Source of the DNA: Salinivirgaceae bacterium
GTDB taxonomy: Bacteria; Bacteroidota; Bacteroidia; Bacteroidales; SZUA-534
Reading direction: 5' to 3'
Assembly: GCA_024405635.1 (NCBI GenBank)
Contig: JAKSOL010000021.1
Location: forward strand, 1 to 56,350
DNA: 56,350 nucleotides
The notes below the pieces were generated by a model that saw only the letters and a program-made list of their open reading frames with translations, had not been told where the DNA came from and searched no databases. Each line of letters begins with the position of its first letter. Position 1 is the stretch's first letter. The position numbers and the translations under genes are program-made. This document shows, one piece after another, positions 1 through 9,865 of the stretch.

Positions 1-830
1 CATCATCAACGTAAACGGTTGTAGCATCAGTGTTTACTGCAAGAATATCGTTTTCTCCTTTTGCTCCACTACGGCCACGCACTGCGAATGCTGATTTTGC
101 AGCTTTGCTGTCATCGTCGTCAACATAAACAGTTGTAGCATCGGTGTTAACGGCAAGAATATCGTTTTCACCTTTAGCTCCGCTACGTCCACGAACTGCA
201 AAGGCTGATTTTGCTGCTTTGCTATCATCGTCGTCAACGTAAACGGTTGTAGCATCGGTGTTAACGGCAAGAATATCGTTTTCACCTTTTGCTCCACTAC
301 GGCCACGAACTGCAAAGGCTGATTTAGCAGCTTTGCTGTCATCGTCGTCAACATAAACAGTTGTTGATTCGGTGTTTACAGCGAAAATATCGTTTCCTTC
401 GCCTTTAGCTCCGCTACGGCCACGAACTGCAAAGGCTGATTTTGCTGCTTTGCTATCATCGTCGTCAACGTAAACGGTTGTCGATTCGGTATTTACAGCA
501 AAAATATCGTTCTCACCTTTAGCACCACTACGTCCACGAACTGCAAAGGCTGATTTGGCAGCTTTGCTGTCGTCATCATCAACGTAAATGGTTGTAGCAT
601 CGGTGTTTACGGCAAAAATATCGTTCTCGCCTTTTGCGCCGCTACGGCCACGTACTGCGAAAGCTGATTTAGCTGCCTTGCCATTTTCGTCATCAACGTA
701 AACGGTTGTTCCATCGGTGCCAACTGCAAGAATGTCGCTCTCGCCTTTTGCGCCGCTACGTCCACGAACGGCAAACGCTGATTTTGCTGCCTTGCCATTT
801 TCTTCGTTTGCGTAAACCACAGTTTCGTTT
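1..830 (-). repeat. Coding tandem repeat, 114-bp unit (one 117 bp), consensus SKAAKSAFAVRGRSGAKGENDILAVNTDATTVYVDDDD
   Basis: Core recurs at 76, 190, 304, 421, 535, 649 and 763, plus a partial copy at the edge; differences are mostly synonymous. Confidence 0.93.
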
Positions 831-2911
831 GGATAAACCGCAAACACTACATTGCCGTCTTTGTCTTTAACTTCGAACAAAGCCTCGTCGTCGGCTGCGT
901 TTGATGCTGCTTGAATGCTGGCTGATTTAAATTCGTTAGAAGGGGCTTGCCATTTGGTTCCTGTACTTGTGCTAGTAAGCACTTGTCCGGTAGTTCCGTT
1001 TGAGTTGCCACTGTCGTAAATAGCACCACGAACTCGCATGTTTCCATTAACATCAAGTTTTTGAGTAGGGCTAGTTGTTCCAACACCAACTTTAGAGCCA
1101 TCGGTGTATATGCCACTGTTAGCCACCCAAGTAGTACCATTGTGGCGTAGAGTTTGTCCCGATGTACCAGAGACATTCATACCATCGTTTCCTTTTGGAC
1201 CTTGAATACCTTGATCACCTTTAGGACCTTTTAGATTGCTAGTGGTGAATGTAGAGCCATCGGTGTATGTTAAAGTAAATGTTCCGTTGCCGTTATCGGT
1301 AGTTGAAGCAATACCCACACCAGTTTCACCAGTATTACCCTTGTCGCCTTTAGGACCTTGAGCGCCTGTATCTCCTTTTTCACCCTTAGGTCCTTGAATA
1401 CCTTGGATACCTTGATCACCTTTAGGTCCTTGAGCACCAGTGTCGCCCTTTAAACCTTGAGGACCTTGAGGACCAGTTGCACCTGTTGCACCAGTAGCAC
1501 CTTGAAGTCCAGTAGCACCTTTGTCGCCTTTAGGGCCTTTAAGGTTGCTAGTAGTGAAAGAAGTCCCGTTGGTATATGTTAAAGTAAATGTTCCGTCTTC
1601 GTTGTCGGTAGTTGAAGCAATGCCCACACCTGCTTCGCCTTGAGGAGCGCTAAATTCAACCCATTTTGTTGTTTCGTTTTTAGGTTCTGAAGTTGAAGTA
1701 AATGCGCTGTTTGCTTTTACAATCCACATTGAAGATGTTCCTGCTGCATTTGAGGCGAATACGTAATCGCCAGGATTGTATGTAGTTCCGCTTACCCAAG
1801 CACCTTTGTTAGTTAAGCCAACGCCAGCGTCACCTTTTTCTCCTTTTTCACCCTTAGGACCTTGAGCACCTGTGTCGCCCTTATCACCTTTGTCGCCTTT
1901 AGGTCCTTGAATACCTTGCTCACCTTTAGGACCTTGAGCGCCGGTTTCACCTTTTAAACCTTGAGGTCCTTGAGGTCCAATTGCACCAGTTGCACCCGTG
2001 GTACCTTGAGCTCCAGGGTCACCCTTTAAACCTTGAGGACCTTGAGCTCCGGTGTCACCTTTATCTCCCTTATCACCTTTATCACCCTTTTCTCCTTTAG
2101 GACCTTGAGCGCCAGTGTCGCCTTTATCTCCCTTGTCGCCAGTGTCGCCTTTATCACCTTTATCACCTTGTGGAGCGCTAAATTCAACCCAATTTGTTTC
2201 GTCATCTTTTGGGTCTTTAACGGCACTTTCTATATCAGCTTGTGCAATCCACATCGATGAGTTGCCTGCAGCGTTAGGAGCAAAAACATAGTCGCTTTGT
2301 TTGTAGCTGGCACCGAAATCAAATGCGCCTTTATTGTTTAGACCAGTTCCAGCATCGCCCTTGTCACCTTTGTCACCTTTGTCACCTTTCAACGCGGCTT
2401 TTTGCTCATCGGTTAAATCGTTGAAAGTCAATGCATCGCCTTTCAACGCGGCTTTTTGTTCGTTGGTTAAATCGTTGAAAGTCAAAGCGTCGCCTTTATC
2501 TCCCTTGTCGCCTTTGTCGCCTTTTTGTCCGTTAGCAGCATACAAAGCGTAAGGCACCGCGTTTATTTTGGTCTTGCCAAAGTCAACCGATTTGCCTTCA
2601 ACAGTTGCCGAAACTTTCATCCACACATCGTTGCTAGCCCAGTCAACATTAGCAAGGCTATTTTCGCCAACAGGCTTACCCTCGCCAACATTGGCGGTAA
2701 GAATACCATAGTCGTTGGTCGAAACTTCTTGTGTTTCAGAATAATATACAACAACATCGTTTTTGTCAACCAAAGTAATAGTCAAAGGAACTTTGGTCGA
2801 TTTTAGTACTTCGCCTTTGGCATTGCGCACAACGGCTTGATACGAAAAACTTTGGGCACTGACCTGCAGAGCAAACGCTGCAGACAACAGCATTAGGAAC
2901 ATTTTTTTCAT
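1..2911 (-). CDS. Secreted collagen-like (Gly-X-Y) / tail-fibre-like repeat protein, 3' end beyond window
   Basis: ATG at 2911 (MKKMFLMLLSAAFALQVSAQSFSYQAVVRN, signal peptide); frame stays consistent to the window edge; long GDK/GPQ/GAT triplet runs, then 38-aa repeats. Absent from the ORF track because no stop lies in the window. Confidence 0.9.
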   Translation of the reverse strand, partial: MKKMFLMLLSAAFALQVSAQSFSYQAVVRNAKGEVLKSTKVPLTITLVDKNDVVVYYSETQEVSTNDYGILTANVGEGKPVGENSLANVDWASNDVWMKVSATVEGKSVDFGKTKINAVPYALYAANGQKGDKGDKGDKGDALTFNDLTNEQKAALKGDALTFNDLTDEQKAALKGDKGDKGDKGDAGTGLNNKGAFDFGASYKQSDYVFAPNAAGNSSMWIAQADIESAVKDPKDDETNWVEFSAPQGDKGDKGDTGDKGDKGDTGAQGPKGEKGDKGDKGDKGDTGAQGPQGLKGDPGAQGTTGATGAIGPQGPQGLKGETGAQGPKGEQGIQGPKGDKGDKGDTGAQGPKGEKGEKGDAGVGLTNKGAWVSGTTYNPGDYVFASNAAGTSSMWIVKANSAFTSTSEPKNETTKWVEFSAPQGEAGVGIASTTDNEDGTFTLTYTNGTSFTTSNLKGPKGDKGATGLQGATGATGATGPQGPQGLKGDTGAQGPKGDQGIQGIQGPKGEKGDTGAQGPKGDKGNTGETGVGIASTTDNGNGTFTLTYTDGSTFTTSNLKGPKGDQGIQGPKGNDGMNVSGTSGQTLRHNGTTWVANSGIYTDGSKVGVGTTSPTQKLDVNGNMRVRGAIYDSGNSNGTTGQVLTSTSTGTKWQAPSNEFKSASIQAASNAADDEALFEVKDKDGNVVFAVYPNETVVYANEENGKAAKSAFAVRGRSGAKGESDILAVGTDGTTVYVDDENGKAAKSAFAVRGRSGAKGENDIFAVNTDATTIYVDDDDSKAAKSAFAVRGRSGAKGENDIFAVNTESTTVYVDDDDSKAAKSAFAVRGRSGAKGEGNDIFAVNTESTTVYVDDDDSKAAKSAFAVRGRSGAKGENDILAVNTDATTVYVDDDDSKAAKSAFAVRGRSGAKGENDILAVNTDATTVYVDDDDSKAAKSAFAVRGRSGAKGENDILAVNTDATTVYVDD

Positions 2912-2937
2912 AAATTCTCAAGTAAAAATATTTGTTG

Positions 2938-2945
2938 CAAAGGTA
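2938..2945 (-). promoter_or_regulatory. Bacteroidota -7 promoter box (TACCTTTG) for the collagen-like gene
   Basis: Matches TAnnTTTG, 26 nt upstream of the ATG. Confidence 0.65.
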
Positions 2946-2984
2946 GTTATATTATATAGGTATATGAAGTAGTTTGACTTTGTA

Positions 2985-3027
2985 TTTTGACGAAAAAATA
3001 ATTTTCTACGTGATTTCACGTAGAAAA
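2985..3027. promoter_or_regulatory. Putative operator: 12-bp perfect inverted repeat TTTTCTACGTGA-tt-TCACGTAGAAAA plus adjacent TTTTGACGAAAAAA
   Basis: Palindrome at 3002-3027; a close copy of the motif lies in the opposite orientation at 7976-8015. Confidence 0.6.
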
Positions 3028-3127
3028 GGTTAGCTGGCAAAAACAATTGTGCTTTTCACTTTTTGAAAGCACATATTCAGTGCATTCTTTTCTGTGCAAA
3101 AACATCATAAAAGTTAGCACTTAATTA

Positions 3128-3135
3128 TAACTTTG
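3128..3135 (+). promoter_or_regulatory. -7 promoter box (TAACTTTG) for phoH-purC
   Basis: TAnnTTTG 20 nt upstream of the ATG. Confidence 0.6.
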
Positions 3136-3155
3136 TGGCTTGAAATGCCATAATT

Positions 3156-4100
3156 ATGACAGAGAAATTACTTCAGCTTGATAATATCGAACCTATTGAA
3201 TTATACGGAGTTAAGAATACTCGTTTTGAAATTTTAAAACGAGCTTTTCCTAAAATTCGCATTGTTGCTCGTGATACTGAAATAAAGTTGTTGGGCGATG
3301 AAGAGCAAATTGCCGCATTTGAGAATAAGTTCCGTCAGGTGGTTAATTTTCTCGATAAGTTCAATCGTTTGAGCGACGATGATTTGGTTCAAATATTGAA
3401 CAACGATGGTCATCCAGTTGACAATCAGGCTGAAACTCCCGATTTTATTTTGTTTGGAAACAACGGTCGTGCCATTCGTTCGCGTAGCGATAATCAGCAA
3501 AAAATGGTTAATTCGATTGCTGAAAACGACATGATGTTTGTGCTAGGTCCTGCAGGCTCTGGAAAAACATATACTGCTATTGCATTGGCAGTTAGAGCAT
3601 TGCGCAATAAAGAAGTACGACGCATTGTATTGAGCCGTCCAGCAGTGGAGGCGGGCGAACGGTTGGGATTTTTGCCAGGCGATGTAAAGGAAAAAATTGA
3701 TCCGTATTTGCAACCGCTATACGATGCTCTTAACGATATGATTCCTGCAAAGAAATTAGAGTCGCTTATTGAAGACGGAATAATTCAAATTGCACCTTTG
3801 GCATTTATGCGAGGCCGCACGCTCGACAATGCTTTTGTTATACTCGATGAGGCTCAAAACACCACTTTGGCGCAAATGAAAATGTTTTTGACTCGTATGG
3901 GCCTCAATTCAAAGTTTATAATTACTGGTGATGCAACACAAATCGATTTGCCAAAAACTTCAGATAGCGGTTTGTTACAAGCAATAAAGTTGCTCAACAA
4001 AATTGACGGCATCAGCATTGTTGAATTAACCGATAGCGACATTGTTCGTCACCGTTTGGTGAAGGAGATTGTTAAAGCTTTTGATAGAAATTCGTATTAA
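3156..4100 (+). CDS. phoH: PhoH family ATPase
   Basis: GPAGSGKT Walker [31 protein letters not shown] motifs. Confidence 0.95.
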   Translation: MTEKLLQLDNIEPIELYGVKNTRFEILKRAFPKIRIVARDTEIKLLGDEEQIAAFENKFRQVVNFLDKFNRLSDDDLVQILNNDGHPVDNQAETPDFILFGNNGRAIRSRSDNQQKMVNSIAENDMMFVLGPAGSGKTYTAIALAVRALRNKEVRRIVLSRPAVEAGERLGFLPGDVKEKIDPYLQPLYDALNDMIPAKKLESLIEDGIIQIAPLAFMRGRTLDNAFVILDEAQNTTLAQMKMFLTRMGLNSKFIITGDATQIDLPKTSDSGLLQAIKLLNKIDGISIVELTDSDIVRHRLVKEIVKAFDRNSY

Positions 4101-4111
4101 AACATATAACT

Positions 4112-5071
4112 ATGGAAAAGACAATTGTAAAATCAGACTTCAACTTTAGTGGACAAAAAGCCGTTTACAAAGGCAAAGTGCGCGATGTGTATAACATTAA
4201 CGACAAATATTTGGCAATGGTTGTTAGCGACCGTATTTCGGCATTTGACGTTATTTTGCCAAAAGGTATTCCATTTAAAGGTCAAGTTTTGAACCAAATT
4301 GCAGCAAAATTCCTTGATGCAACAGCCGACATTGTTCCAAACTGGAAAGTTGCAAGCCCAGATCCAAATGTTACCATTGGTCACAAATGCGAACCATTTG
4401 CAGTTGAAATGGTTGTTCGTGGTTATTTAACAGGAAGCTCTTGGCGTTTGTATCGCGATGGTGGTCGCGAAATTTGTGGTATTAAGTTGCCTGAGGGTAT
4501 GCGTGAGCATCAAAAATTTGAGCAACCAATCATCACCCCTACAACTAAGGCCGAAATTGGTACTCACGACGAAAACATCTCGCGCGAAGACATTATTAAA
4601 CACGGAATTGTGAGCGCTGAAGATTATGCAAAACTTGAAGAATATACCTTGGCTTTGTTTAAACGTGGTAGCGAAATTGCTGCTAAAATGGGTTTGATTT
4701 TGGTTGATACCAAATACGAGTTCGGTAAAAAAGACGGCCAAATTTACCTTATTGACGAAATTCACACTCCAGATTCCTCTCGCTATTTCTATGCCGAAGG
4801 ATATGAAGAGCGTTTTGCAAAAGGTGAGCAACAAAAACAACTTTCAAAAGAGTTTGTTCGCGAATGGTTGATGGATAATGGATTCCAAGGCAAAGCAGGC
4901 CAACAAGTTCCTGAAATGACTGATGATATTATTAATCAAATTTCAACTCGTTACATTGAACTTTACGAAAACATTGTTGGTGAAAAATTCCAACCAGCCG
5001 ACACTTCACATCTAAACGACCGTATTTTCAATAACGTTGAGAATTATATTAAATCGAACTTGTTAAAATAG
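4112..5071 (+). CDS. purC: SAICAR synthetase
   Basis: [36 protein letters not shown] motifs. Confidence 0.96.
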   Translation: MEKTIVKSDFNFSGQKAVYKGKVRDVYNINDKYLAMVVSDRISAFDVILPKGIPFKGQVLNQIAAKFLDATADIVPNWKVASPDPNVTIGHKCEPFAVEMVVRGYLTGSSWRLYRDGGREICGIKLPEGMREHQKFEQPIITPTTKAEIGTHDENISREDIIKHGIVSAEDYAKLEEYTLALFKRGSEIAAKMGLILVDTKYEFGKKDGQIYLIDEIHTPDSSRYFYAEGYEERFAKGEQQKQLSKEFVREWLMDNGFQGKAGQQVPEMTDDIINQISTRYIELYENIVGEKFQPADTSHLNDRIFNNVENYIKSNLLK

Positions 5072-5091
5072 TTTGGTTATTTAAAAGCAAT

Positions 5092-5130
5092 AAGGGTCGC
5101 TTCGAGTTGTCGGGGCGGCTCTTTTGTTTT
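5092..5130 (+). terminator. Intrinsic terminator after purC
   Basis: AAGGGTCGCTTCGA/TCGGGGCGGCTCTT stem followed by T tract. Confidence 0.7.
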
Positions 5131-5199
5131 TATTGGCTTTGGATGCAAATACTTTTTGGTTGTTGGCTCAACACATTTTTCTACCTTTGCCAAGTCAAT

Positions 5200-5272
5200 G
5201 CGGGAGTAGCTCAGTTGGTAGAGCATAAGCTTCCCAAGCTTAGGGCCGCGGGTTCGAGTCCCGTTTCCCGCT
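5200..5272 (+). tRNA. tRNA-Gly (CCC)
   Basis: GCGGGAG acceptor stem, TAAGC-TTCCCAA-GCTTA anticodon arm, GGTTCGAGTCC T arm; TACCTTTG promoter box at 5182-5189; CCA not encoded. Confidence 0.96.
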
Positions 5273-5278
5273 CTTAAT

Positions 5279-5316
5279 AAAAAAGCCTTGAAAATTTAGT
5301 TTTCAAGGCTTTTTTT
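5279..5316. terminator. Bidirectional terminator between tRNA-Gly and ribD
   Basis: AAAAAAGCCTTGAAAA...TTTTCAAGGCTTTTTTT hairpin with A and T tracts. Confidence 0.8.
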
Positions 5317-5344
5317 GTTTTTGATAAATGATGTTTGTTATTGC

Positions 5345-6388
5345 CTATTGAGGCATAATTCTTTCAAGTTTAATATCGCCTATATTTTCCGAACTTATTA
5401 TTTTGCCTCCAATTTTAGGAGCGGCAACGCCTCGCCCAATTTGCATTGGTGCTGTAAATACTCGGGCTTCGTCCCACAATTCGGCATCAATAAACGATTG
5501 CAAAAGTTTGCACCCACCTTCAACAAAAAGTTGGTTTACACCAACGCAGTAGAGCAAATCCATCAATTCGGGAAAAAGGTTGTCCCAATTAAACTGAATA
5601 CGTTTGTCGTTTCCGCTATTTTCGTTTCGAAGTTGATTTAAAATCCATGTAGTTTGGCTTTGATCAAACATGTGCAGTTCCCAAGGCAATTGCAAGTTTC
5701 GGTCAGTAACAATGCGCAATGGGCTGGGGCCGTTGCAGTTGCGAACGTCAAGACGAGGATTGTCAAGTAATGCAGTGTTGAATCCTACCATTATTGCTCC
5801 CGACTCGCTACGCCAGCTATGAACCAATGTGCGGCAAGCTTCGTCGGTAATGAGCAGTGGGGCAGTGCTGTTGTCGGTTCTTACGGCATCAATGTAACCA
5901 TCGGACGTTTGAGCCCATTTTAGCATAACGTATGGTCTGCGTTTTTGCTGAAAAGTGATGAATGCGTGATTTAGTTCTTCGCATTCGGCTCTTAAAACAT
6001 TTTCAACCACTTCAATGCCCGCATCGCGTAACTTTTTGATGCCCATGCCGTTAACTTTTGCAAAAGGATCTTGCATGCCCACCACTACGCGAGGAATTTG
6101 GTTGGCAATAATCAAATCGGCACAAGGAGGAGTCTTTCCATAATGGCAACAAGGTTCAAGACTTACGTAAATGGTCGATTGTTTTAACAAACTTTTGTCA
6201 ACCACTGATGCAATAGCATTTACTTCGGCATGAGGTTCGCCACATTTATGATGAAATCCTTCACCAATAATCTGACCGTTATGAACCACCACTGCGCCTA
6301 CCATTGGGTTGGGCGATGCGTTGCTTCCTGCAAGTCGAGCTAACTCAATGCAGCGCTTCATGAAATATTCGTCGCTTTGTGTCTTCAT
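5345..6388 (-). CDS. ribD: Bifunctional riboflavin deaminase/reductase
   Basis: PNPMVGAV, HAEVNAI, LEPCCHYGKTPPC, VEGG motifs. Confidence 0.96.
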   Translation of the reverse strand: MKTQSDEYFMKRCIELARLAGSNASPNPMVGAVVVHNGQIIGEGFHHKCGEPHAEVNAIASVVDKSLLKQSTIYVSLEPCCHYGKTPPCADLIIANQIPRVVVGMQDPFAKVNGMGIKKLRDAGIEVVENVLRAECEELNHAFITFQQKRRPYVMLKWAQTSDGYIDAVRTDNSTAPLLITDEACRTLVHSWRSESGAIMVGFNTALLDNPRLDVRNCNGPSPLRIVTDRNLQLPWELHMFDQSQTTWILNQLRNENSGNDKRIQFNWDNLFPELMDLLYCVGVNQLFVEGGCKLLQSFIDAELWDEARVFTAPMQIGRGVAAPKIGGKIISSENIGDIKLERIMPQ

Positions 6389-6409
6389 TTATAAATTAAA
6401 TTTGCCCGT

Positions 6410-7273
6410 ATGAACGGAACATTGACTTCAATTCAAAAACAAATCTGTCAACAACTGTCAAGTATCTATACTTTGGCAGAATGTCGCATTATAGCAGCCG
6501 AATTGCTAGAGAATCAAGGTTTCTCGCGAACTCAGCAACTTGCGTTTGGCGACACAAAGGTATCAAATATCGTTGCTGAACAAATTGCTATGCAAGTGTT
6601 GCGTTTGCTTAACCACGAACCACTGCAGTATGTTATTGGTTACGAGTGGTTTATGGGATATAAGTTTAATGTTGCACCAGGCGTGCTGATACCTAGACCT
6701 GAAACGGAAGAGTTGGTTCAGCGTATAGTTGATACTGTGGGTAATTTGCAACAACACAGCGTGTTAGATGTTGGCACAGGTAGTGGGTGCATTGCCATTT
6801 CGTTAAATAAATTGCTGGACAGCAGTTCGGTGTATGCTATTGATTTTTCAGCCGATGCCATTGCCATTGCAAAACAAAATGCTGAGCAAAACAATGCCCA
6901 AGTTGAGTTTGTTTGCCAATCGATTTTTGACGATAATTTGCCGTTTAAACCGCAACAATTCAGTGTTATTGTTAGTAATCCGCCGTATGTTACCGAAAAC
7001 GAGCGTTACTCAATGGAACCAAATGTTTTGAATTGGGAACCGCATTCGGCCTTATTTGTCCCAAACGACAATCCGTTGTTGTTTTATAAACGTATTGCAG
7101 AATGTGCATCAATTTGGCTCAAGAACAATGGCTGGTTGTTTTTCGAGATAAATAGAATGTTTGGTTCTGAAACTGTGCAAATGCTTGGCAACTTGGGCTA
7201 TAAAAAAGTTGAAGTAATAAAAGACATTAGCGGGAACGATAGAATAGTGATGGCTAAATGGAACGTAGAATAA
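6410..7273 (+). CDS. prmC: Release factor glutamine methyltransferase
   Basis: VLIPRPETEELV, DVGTGSGCIA, SNPPY motifs. Confidence 0.95.
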   Translation: MNGTLTSIQKQICQQLSSIYTLAECRIIAAELLENQGFSRTQQLAFGDTKVSNIVAEQIAMQVLRLLNHEPLQYVIGYEWFMGYKFNVAPGVLIPRPETEELVQRIVDTVGNLQQHSVLDVGTGSGCIAISLNKLLDSSSVYAIDFSADAIAIAKQNAEQNNAQVEFVCQSIFDDNLPFKPQQFSVIVSNPPYVTENERYSMEPNVLNWEPHSALFVPNDNPLLFYKRIAECASIWLKNNGWLFFEINRMFGSETVQMLGNLGYKKVEVIKDISGNDRIVMAKWNVE

Positions 7274-7767
7274 GTTTTGAGTGGGCAATGAATAAATGTA
7301 TGGAACTTGCTTCGCGTGGCGAGGTTTGTTCTTTTGACATTGAGCAAAAACTAAAACGTTGGGGATTAGCAACTAACGATATTGATAAAATTATTGATCG
7401 ATTGATTGACGAAAAATATGTTGACAATCAACGTTATGCTGAAGCTTATGTGCGCGACAAAACGCGTTTTAACCATTGGGGTCGAATAAAAACAACTATG
7501 ATGTTGCGCCAAAAACGCATCAGCCAAACAACAATTAACAAGGCTTTTGATGAACTGAACGACAACGATTATTATGCCGCAATGGAGCACGAACTGCTAA
7601 AAAAAATGCGACAGCATAAGGCGCTACCTAAGTTTGAGCGAAACCAAAAGTCAGCATATTATGTAATACAAAAGGGCTTTGAACCGTTGTTGGTTTTCGA
7701 TTCGATAAGCAAGACCGAAAAACTACTTGATGAAGAGGAGTGCAGTTCCCCAAACGATTATGAGTAA
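7258..7767 (+). CDS. recX: RecX regulatory protein
   Basis: YVDNQRYAEAYVRDK...WGRIK and QKGF pattern; the prmC-recX pairing is usual in Bacteroidota. Confidence 0.88.
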   Translation: MERRISFEWAMNKCMELASRGEVCSFDIEQKLKRWGLATNDIDKIIDRLIDEKYVDNQRYAEAYVRDKTRFNHWGRIKTTMMLRQKRISQTTINKAFDELNDNDYYAAMEHELLKKMRQHKALPKFERNQKSAYYVIQKGFEPLLVFDSISKTEKLLDEEECSSPNDYE

Positions 7768-7963
7768 ATATGAAAAACTATGGCAGCATATTGCTGCAAC
7801 TACACAATCTGAGCTGATTCTAACTTTTGCCGAAATTGAACAGATTGCAGGCGTGCCAATTGACCATTCGTTTTTGAGGTATAAAAAAGAACTTATTGAT
7901 TATGGTTGGCAGGTTAAAAGCATTAGCCTAAAAAGCAACAAAATGACTTTTGTCAAGAAATAA
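7760..7963 (+). CDS. Small conserved hypothetical protein (67 aa)
   Basis: Start moved to ATG 7760 overlapping the recX end; MSKYEKLW...LTFAEIEQIAGVPIDHSFLRYKKEL resembles a recurrent small-protein family. Confidence 0.7.
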   Translation: MSKYEKLWQHIAATTQSELILTFAEIEQIAGVPIDHSFLRYKKELIDYGWQVKSISLKSNKMTFVKK

Positions 7964-7975
7964 TATGCAATTTCG

Positions 7976-8015
7976 TTTACGTAGAATCACGTAGAAAATG
8001 CTTTTTTCGTCAAAA
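7976..8015 (+). promoter_or_regulatory. Second copy of the operator-like motif
   Basis: ACGTAGAATCACGTAGAAAATGCTTTTTTCGTCAAAA closely matches the reverse complement of 2985-3021. Confidence 0.55.
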
Positions 8016-8064
8016 GTCCTCCATTTCCTATTGTATCTATTGTTTAAAAGCACACATTTGCCTT

Positions 8065-8280
8065 CGGTTTTTCACCAAAAGTGTTCAATGACATACGTGC
8101 TAACAAGGAATAAACGATTAATCCCTTCAACATTCATTCTCAAAAACAACAATTAAACCTTTTAGTCGGTATTAGCACTTTTGGATTGGTGGAGTCAATC
8201 GTACTCTGCTGAACAGTTTTAATGGTTTTTTCATTCTTCAAGATACGCTGGGAAACAATGGCCAACGTATCTTTTTTTTG
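8065..8280 (+). ncRNA. Candidate sRNA (about 210 nt), unidentified family
   Basis: -7-like CACATTTG at 8053-8060, long-range stem 8075-8089 with 8171-8184, own terminator 8240-8280, no long ORF. Confidence 0.4.
8240..8280 (+). terminator. Intrinsic terminator
   Basis: AAGATACGCTGG/CCAACGTATCTT stem followed by T tract. Confidence 0.75.
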
Positions 8281-8314
8281 TGTGTTTTTTTGAAATGTAG
8301 TCGCAAACGGGCAT

Positions 8315-8347
8315 AAAAAAAGAGGCCTCGTTGCAGAGACCTCTTTA
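8315..8347 (-). terminator. Intrinsic terminator after guaB
   Basis: AAAGAGGTCTC...GAGGCCTCTTTTTTT on the minus strand. Confidence 0.75.
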
Positions 8348-8371
8348 TATTGATAATCTTTAGTACAAAAC

Positions 8372-9865
8372 TTATTCTTGATTTTTAAGAACTACATCGT
8401 GAGCGCCGCCCTCAATAATTGAAGTTGACGACACAAGTGTAATTTTGGCATTTGTTTGTAGTTCGTCAATGGTAAGAGCTCCGCAACTGCACATAGTAGC
8501 TTTAACTTTGCCAAGAGTAACCATTAGGTTATCTTTCATTTTGCCAGCATAAGGCACGTAACTATCAACTCCCTCTTCAAATTTTAGAGCAGAGTCGCCG
8601 CCCATATCGTAGCGTTGCCAGTTTTTTGCACGGTTTGAACCTTCGCCCCAATATTCTTTCATAATGCGGTTGCCAATGGTAACTTTTTTGGTAGGCGACT
8701 CGTCGAAACGAGCAAAGTAACGACCCATCATCAAAAAGTCGGCACCCATAGCTAAAGCTAGTACCATGTGGTAGTCTTGAACAAGGCCACCATCGCTACA
8801 AATTGGAACGTAAATGCCAGTTTTTTTGAAGTACTCGTCACGAGCAGCAGCAACTTCAATTACCGATGTTGCTTGACCGCGACCAATACCTTTTTGCTCG
8901 CGGGTGATGCAAATTGAACCACCACCAATACCTATTTTGATAAAATCAGCGCCTGCTGCTACAAGGTAATCAAAGCCTTCTTTATCAACAATGTTGCCTG
9001 CTCCTACTTTTACTTTGTCGCCATAGGTGCTTTTAATCCAAGTTAGGGTTTCTTTTTGCCATTCAGAGTAACCGTCGCTTGAGTCGATGCAAAGCACATC
9101 AACACCTGCCTCAATAAGGGCTGGAACGCGCTCTTTGTAGTCGCGTGTATTAATTCCTGCACCAACCATCAATTTTTTGTTGCTATCTGATAGTTCGTTT
9201 GGATTTTCGTGGTGGCTATCGTAGTCTTTGCGGAATACAAAACATTTAAGGTTTTGCTCGTCGTCAATAATTGGTAGTGCGTTTAGTTTGTTTTCCCAAA
9301 TAATTTGGTTGGCATCGCTCAAAGTAATTCCATGTTTACCAACTGTAAGTTTTTCAAATGGAGTCATGTGAGCCGATACTTTGTTGTTCAAACTATCTTT
9401 GTCTAAGCGATAGTCGCGGCTTGTAATCATGCCTAGCAATTTTCCGTTTGCTGAACCATCGTGGGTAACACCAATTGTTGAGTGTCCAGTTTTTTGTATC
9501 AATGCAAGCACGTCTTTTAAGGTGTCTTCTGGAGTAACGTTTGAGTCGCTTGTTACAAAACCTGCTTTAAACATTTTAACCTTGCGAACCATTTCGGCTT
9601 GCGAGGCAATTGGCTGCGAACCAAAGATAAAAGACAAGCCTCCGTTGCGTGCAAGTTCAATGGCTAAGCCCGAGTCTGAAACTGACTGCATAATTGCTGA
9701 CACTAGTGGAATGTTTAGTGTTATTGCAGGTTCCTCTCCTTTTTTGAATTTTACCAATGGGGTTTTCAGCGACACGTTTGCTGGTGTGCATTTTGTGGTT
9801 GTCAATCCGGGAATAAGCAGGTATTCGCCGAATGTTCTTGATACCTCGTTAACGAACTTTGCCAT
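8372..9865 (-). CDS. guaB: IMP dehydrogenase
   Basis: [10 protein letters not shown] catalytic Cys loop, CBS pair, YWGEGS, EEGV motifs. Confidence 0.96.
   Translation of the reverse strand: MAKFVNEVSRTFGEYLLIPGLTTTKCTPANVSLKTPLVKFKKGEEPAITLNIPLVSAIMQSVSDSGLAIELARNGGLSFIFGSQPIASQAEMVRKVKMFKAGFVTSDSNVTPEDTLKDVLALIQKTGHSTIGVTHDGSANGKLLGMITSRDYRLDKDSLNNKVSAHMTPFEKLTVGKHGITLSDANQIIWENKLNALPIIDDEQNLKCFVFRKDYDSHHENPNELSDSNKKLMVGAGINTRDYKERVPALIEAGVDVLCIDSSDGYSEWQKETLTWIKSTYGDKVKVGAGNIVDKEGFDYLVAAGADFIKIGIGGGSICITREQKGIGRGQATSVIEVAAARDEYFKKTGIYVPICSDGGLVQDYHMVLALAMGADFLMMGRYFARFDESPTKKVTIGNRIMKEYWGEGSNRAKNWQRYDMGGDSALKFEEGVDSYVPYAGKMKDNLMVTLGKVKATMCSCGALTIDELQTNAKITLVSSTSIIEGGAHDVVLKNQE

Noticed and set aside
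1-830. Regular repeats as a possible CRISPR array
   Set aside because: The whole 114-bp unit repeats in frame with synonymous variation; there are no unique spacers or cas genes.
34-2806. Eight short ORF-track calls in the first 2.8 kb
   Set aside because: Out-of-frame or antisense shadows of the single long minus-strand ORF starting at 2911.
5200-5316. tRNA-Gly as an integration site
   Set aside because: Followed directly by a terminator and ribD; no integrase or duplicated 3' end seen.
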